A stretch of DNA of 64,000 bases from Chiloscyllium plagiosum (Eukaryota), in NCBI RefSeq assembly GCF_004010195.1, contig NC_057711.1, positions 70,601,018-70,665,017 of the forward strand, given 5' to 3'. This document shows, piece after piece, positions 63,201 to 64,000 of this stretch (positions within the stretch are counted from its first letter, which is position 1; every line of letters begins with the position of its first letter). Both the position numbers and the translations under genes were made by a program. The notes under the pieces were generated by a model that saw nothing but the letters and a program-made list of their open reading frames with translations, ran no database searches and had not been told where the DNA came from.

Positions 63201-64000
63201 GCTTTGTGCGTGGGAAATCGTGTCTCACAAACTTGATTGAGTTTTTTGGAGAAGTAACATAGATGATTGATGAGGGCAGAGTGGTAAATGTGATCTATAT
63301 CTAAGGCATTCGACAAGGTTCCCCATGGGAGACTGGTTAGCAAGGTTAGATCTCATGGAACACAGGGAGAACTAGCCATCTGGATACAGAACCAGCTTGA
63401 AGGTAGAAGACAGAGGAGGGTGGTGGAGGGTTGTTTTTCAGACTGGAGGCCTGTGACCAGTGGAGTGCCACAAGGATCGGTGCTGGTCCACTACCTTTTG
63501 TCATTTATATAAGTGATTGGATGTAAGCAAAAGAGGTACAGTTAGTAAGTTTGCAGATGACACCAAAATTGGAGGTGCAGTGGACAGCGAAGAAAGTTAC
63601 CTCAGATTACAACAGGATCTTGATCAGATGGGCCAATGGGCTGAGGAGAGGCAGATGGAGTTTAATTTAGATAAATGTGAGGTGGTGCTTTTTGGAAAAG
63701 TAAATCTTAGCAGGACTTGTACACTAATGGTAAGGTTCTAGGGAGTGTTGCTGAACAAAGAGACCTTGGAGTACAGGTTCATAACTCCTTGAAAGTGGAG
63801 TCACAGGTAGATAGGATAGTGAAGAAGGCGTTTGGTAGGCTTTCTTTTGTTGGTCAGAGTATTGAGGAGAGGAGTTGGGAGGTCATGTTGCCGCTGTACA
63901 GGACATTGCTTCAGCCACTTTTGGAATATAGCGTGCAATTCTGGTCTCCTTCCTATCAGAAAGATGTTGTGAGATGTGAAAGGATTCAGAAATGATTTAC
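63200..64000 (+). mobile_element. CR1-like LINE RT region (runs off the window)
   Basis: SKFADDTKIGG, MEFNLDKCEV, LLEYSVQFWSP; highly similar to 50765-51555. Confidence 0.93.

Noticed and set aside
32326..64000. Next CK1-gamma exon (EQSRRDDLEALGHMFMYF...)
   Set aside because: Not found by eye; probably beyond the window. A tBLASTn search would settle it.
1..64000. CRISPR arrays, operons or other prokaryotic systems
   Set aside because: The DNA is vertebrate intronic sequence; no regularly spaced repeat-spacer array was seen.

Overview
Eukaryotic (vertebrate) genomic DNA, almost certainly from a shark or other elasmobranch, judged by its HE1-type V-SINEs, DeuSINE-like copies and CR1/L2 LINEs. 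The window lies inside a casein kinase 1 gamma gene on the + strand, most like CSNK1G3. Two coding exons are visible (22780-22928 and 32091-32325). I could not find the flanking exons, so the neighbouring introns appear to be >22 kb and >31 kb. The rest is intron packed with transposons: a near full-length CR1-like LINE with two assembly gaps, many CR1/L2 fragments and SINEs, Tc1/pogo-type MITEs, a TRIM-like mini LTR element, a deleted and partly inverted Ty1/copia (GalEa-like) element, and Penelope-like element (PLE) remnants. The most striking signal is a set of short PLE-derived insertions with 9-15 bp target-site duplications (TSDs) carrying minimal type I hammerhead ribozyme motifs. Several are fold-back palindromes whose breakpoints fall at the ribozyme. 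One (18920-19153) is a perfect 93-bp hairpin with an intact hammerhead core on both strands. Repeat family names come from recall of motifs, not database searches, and repeat boundaries without a TSD or TIR are approximate.
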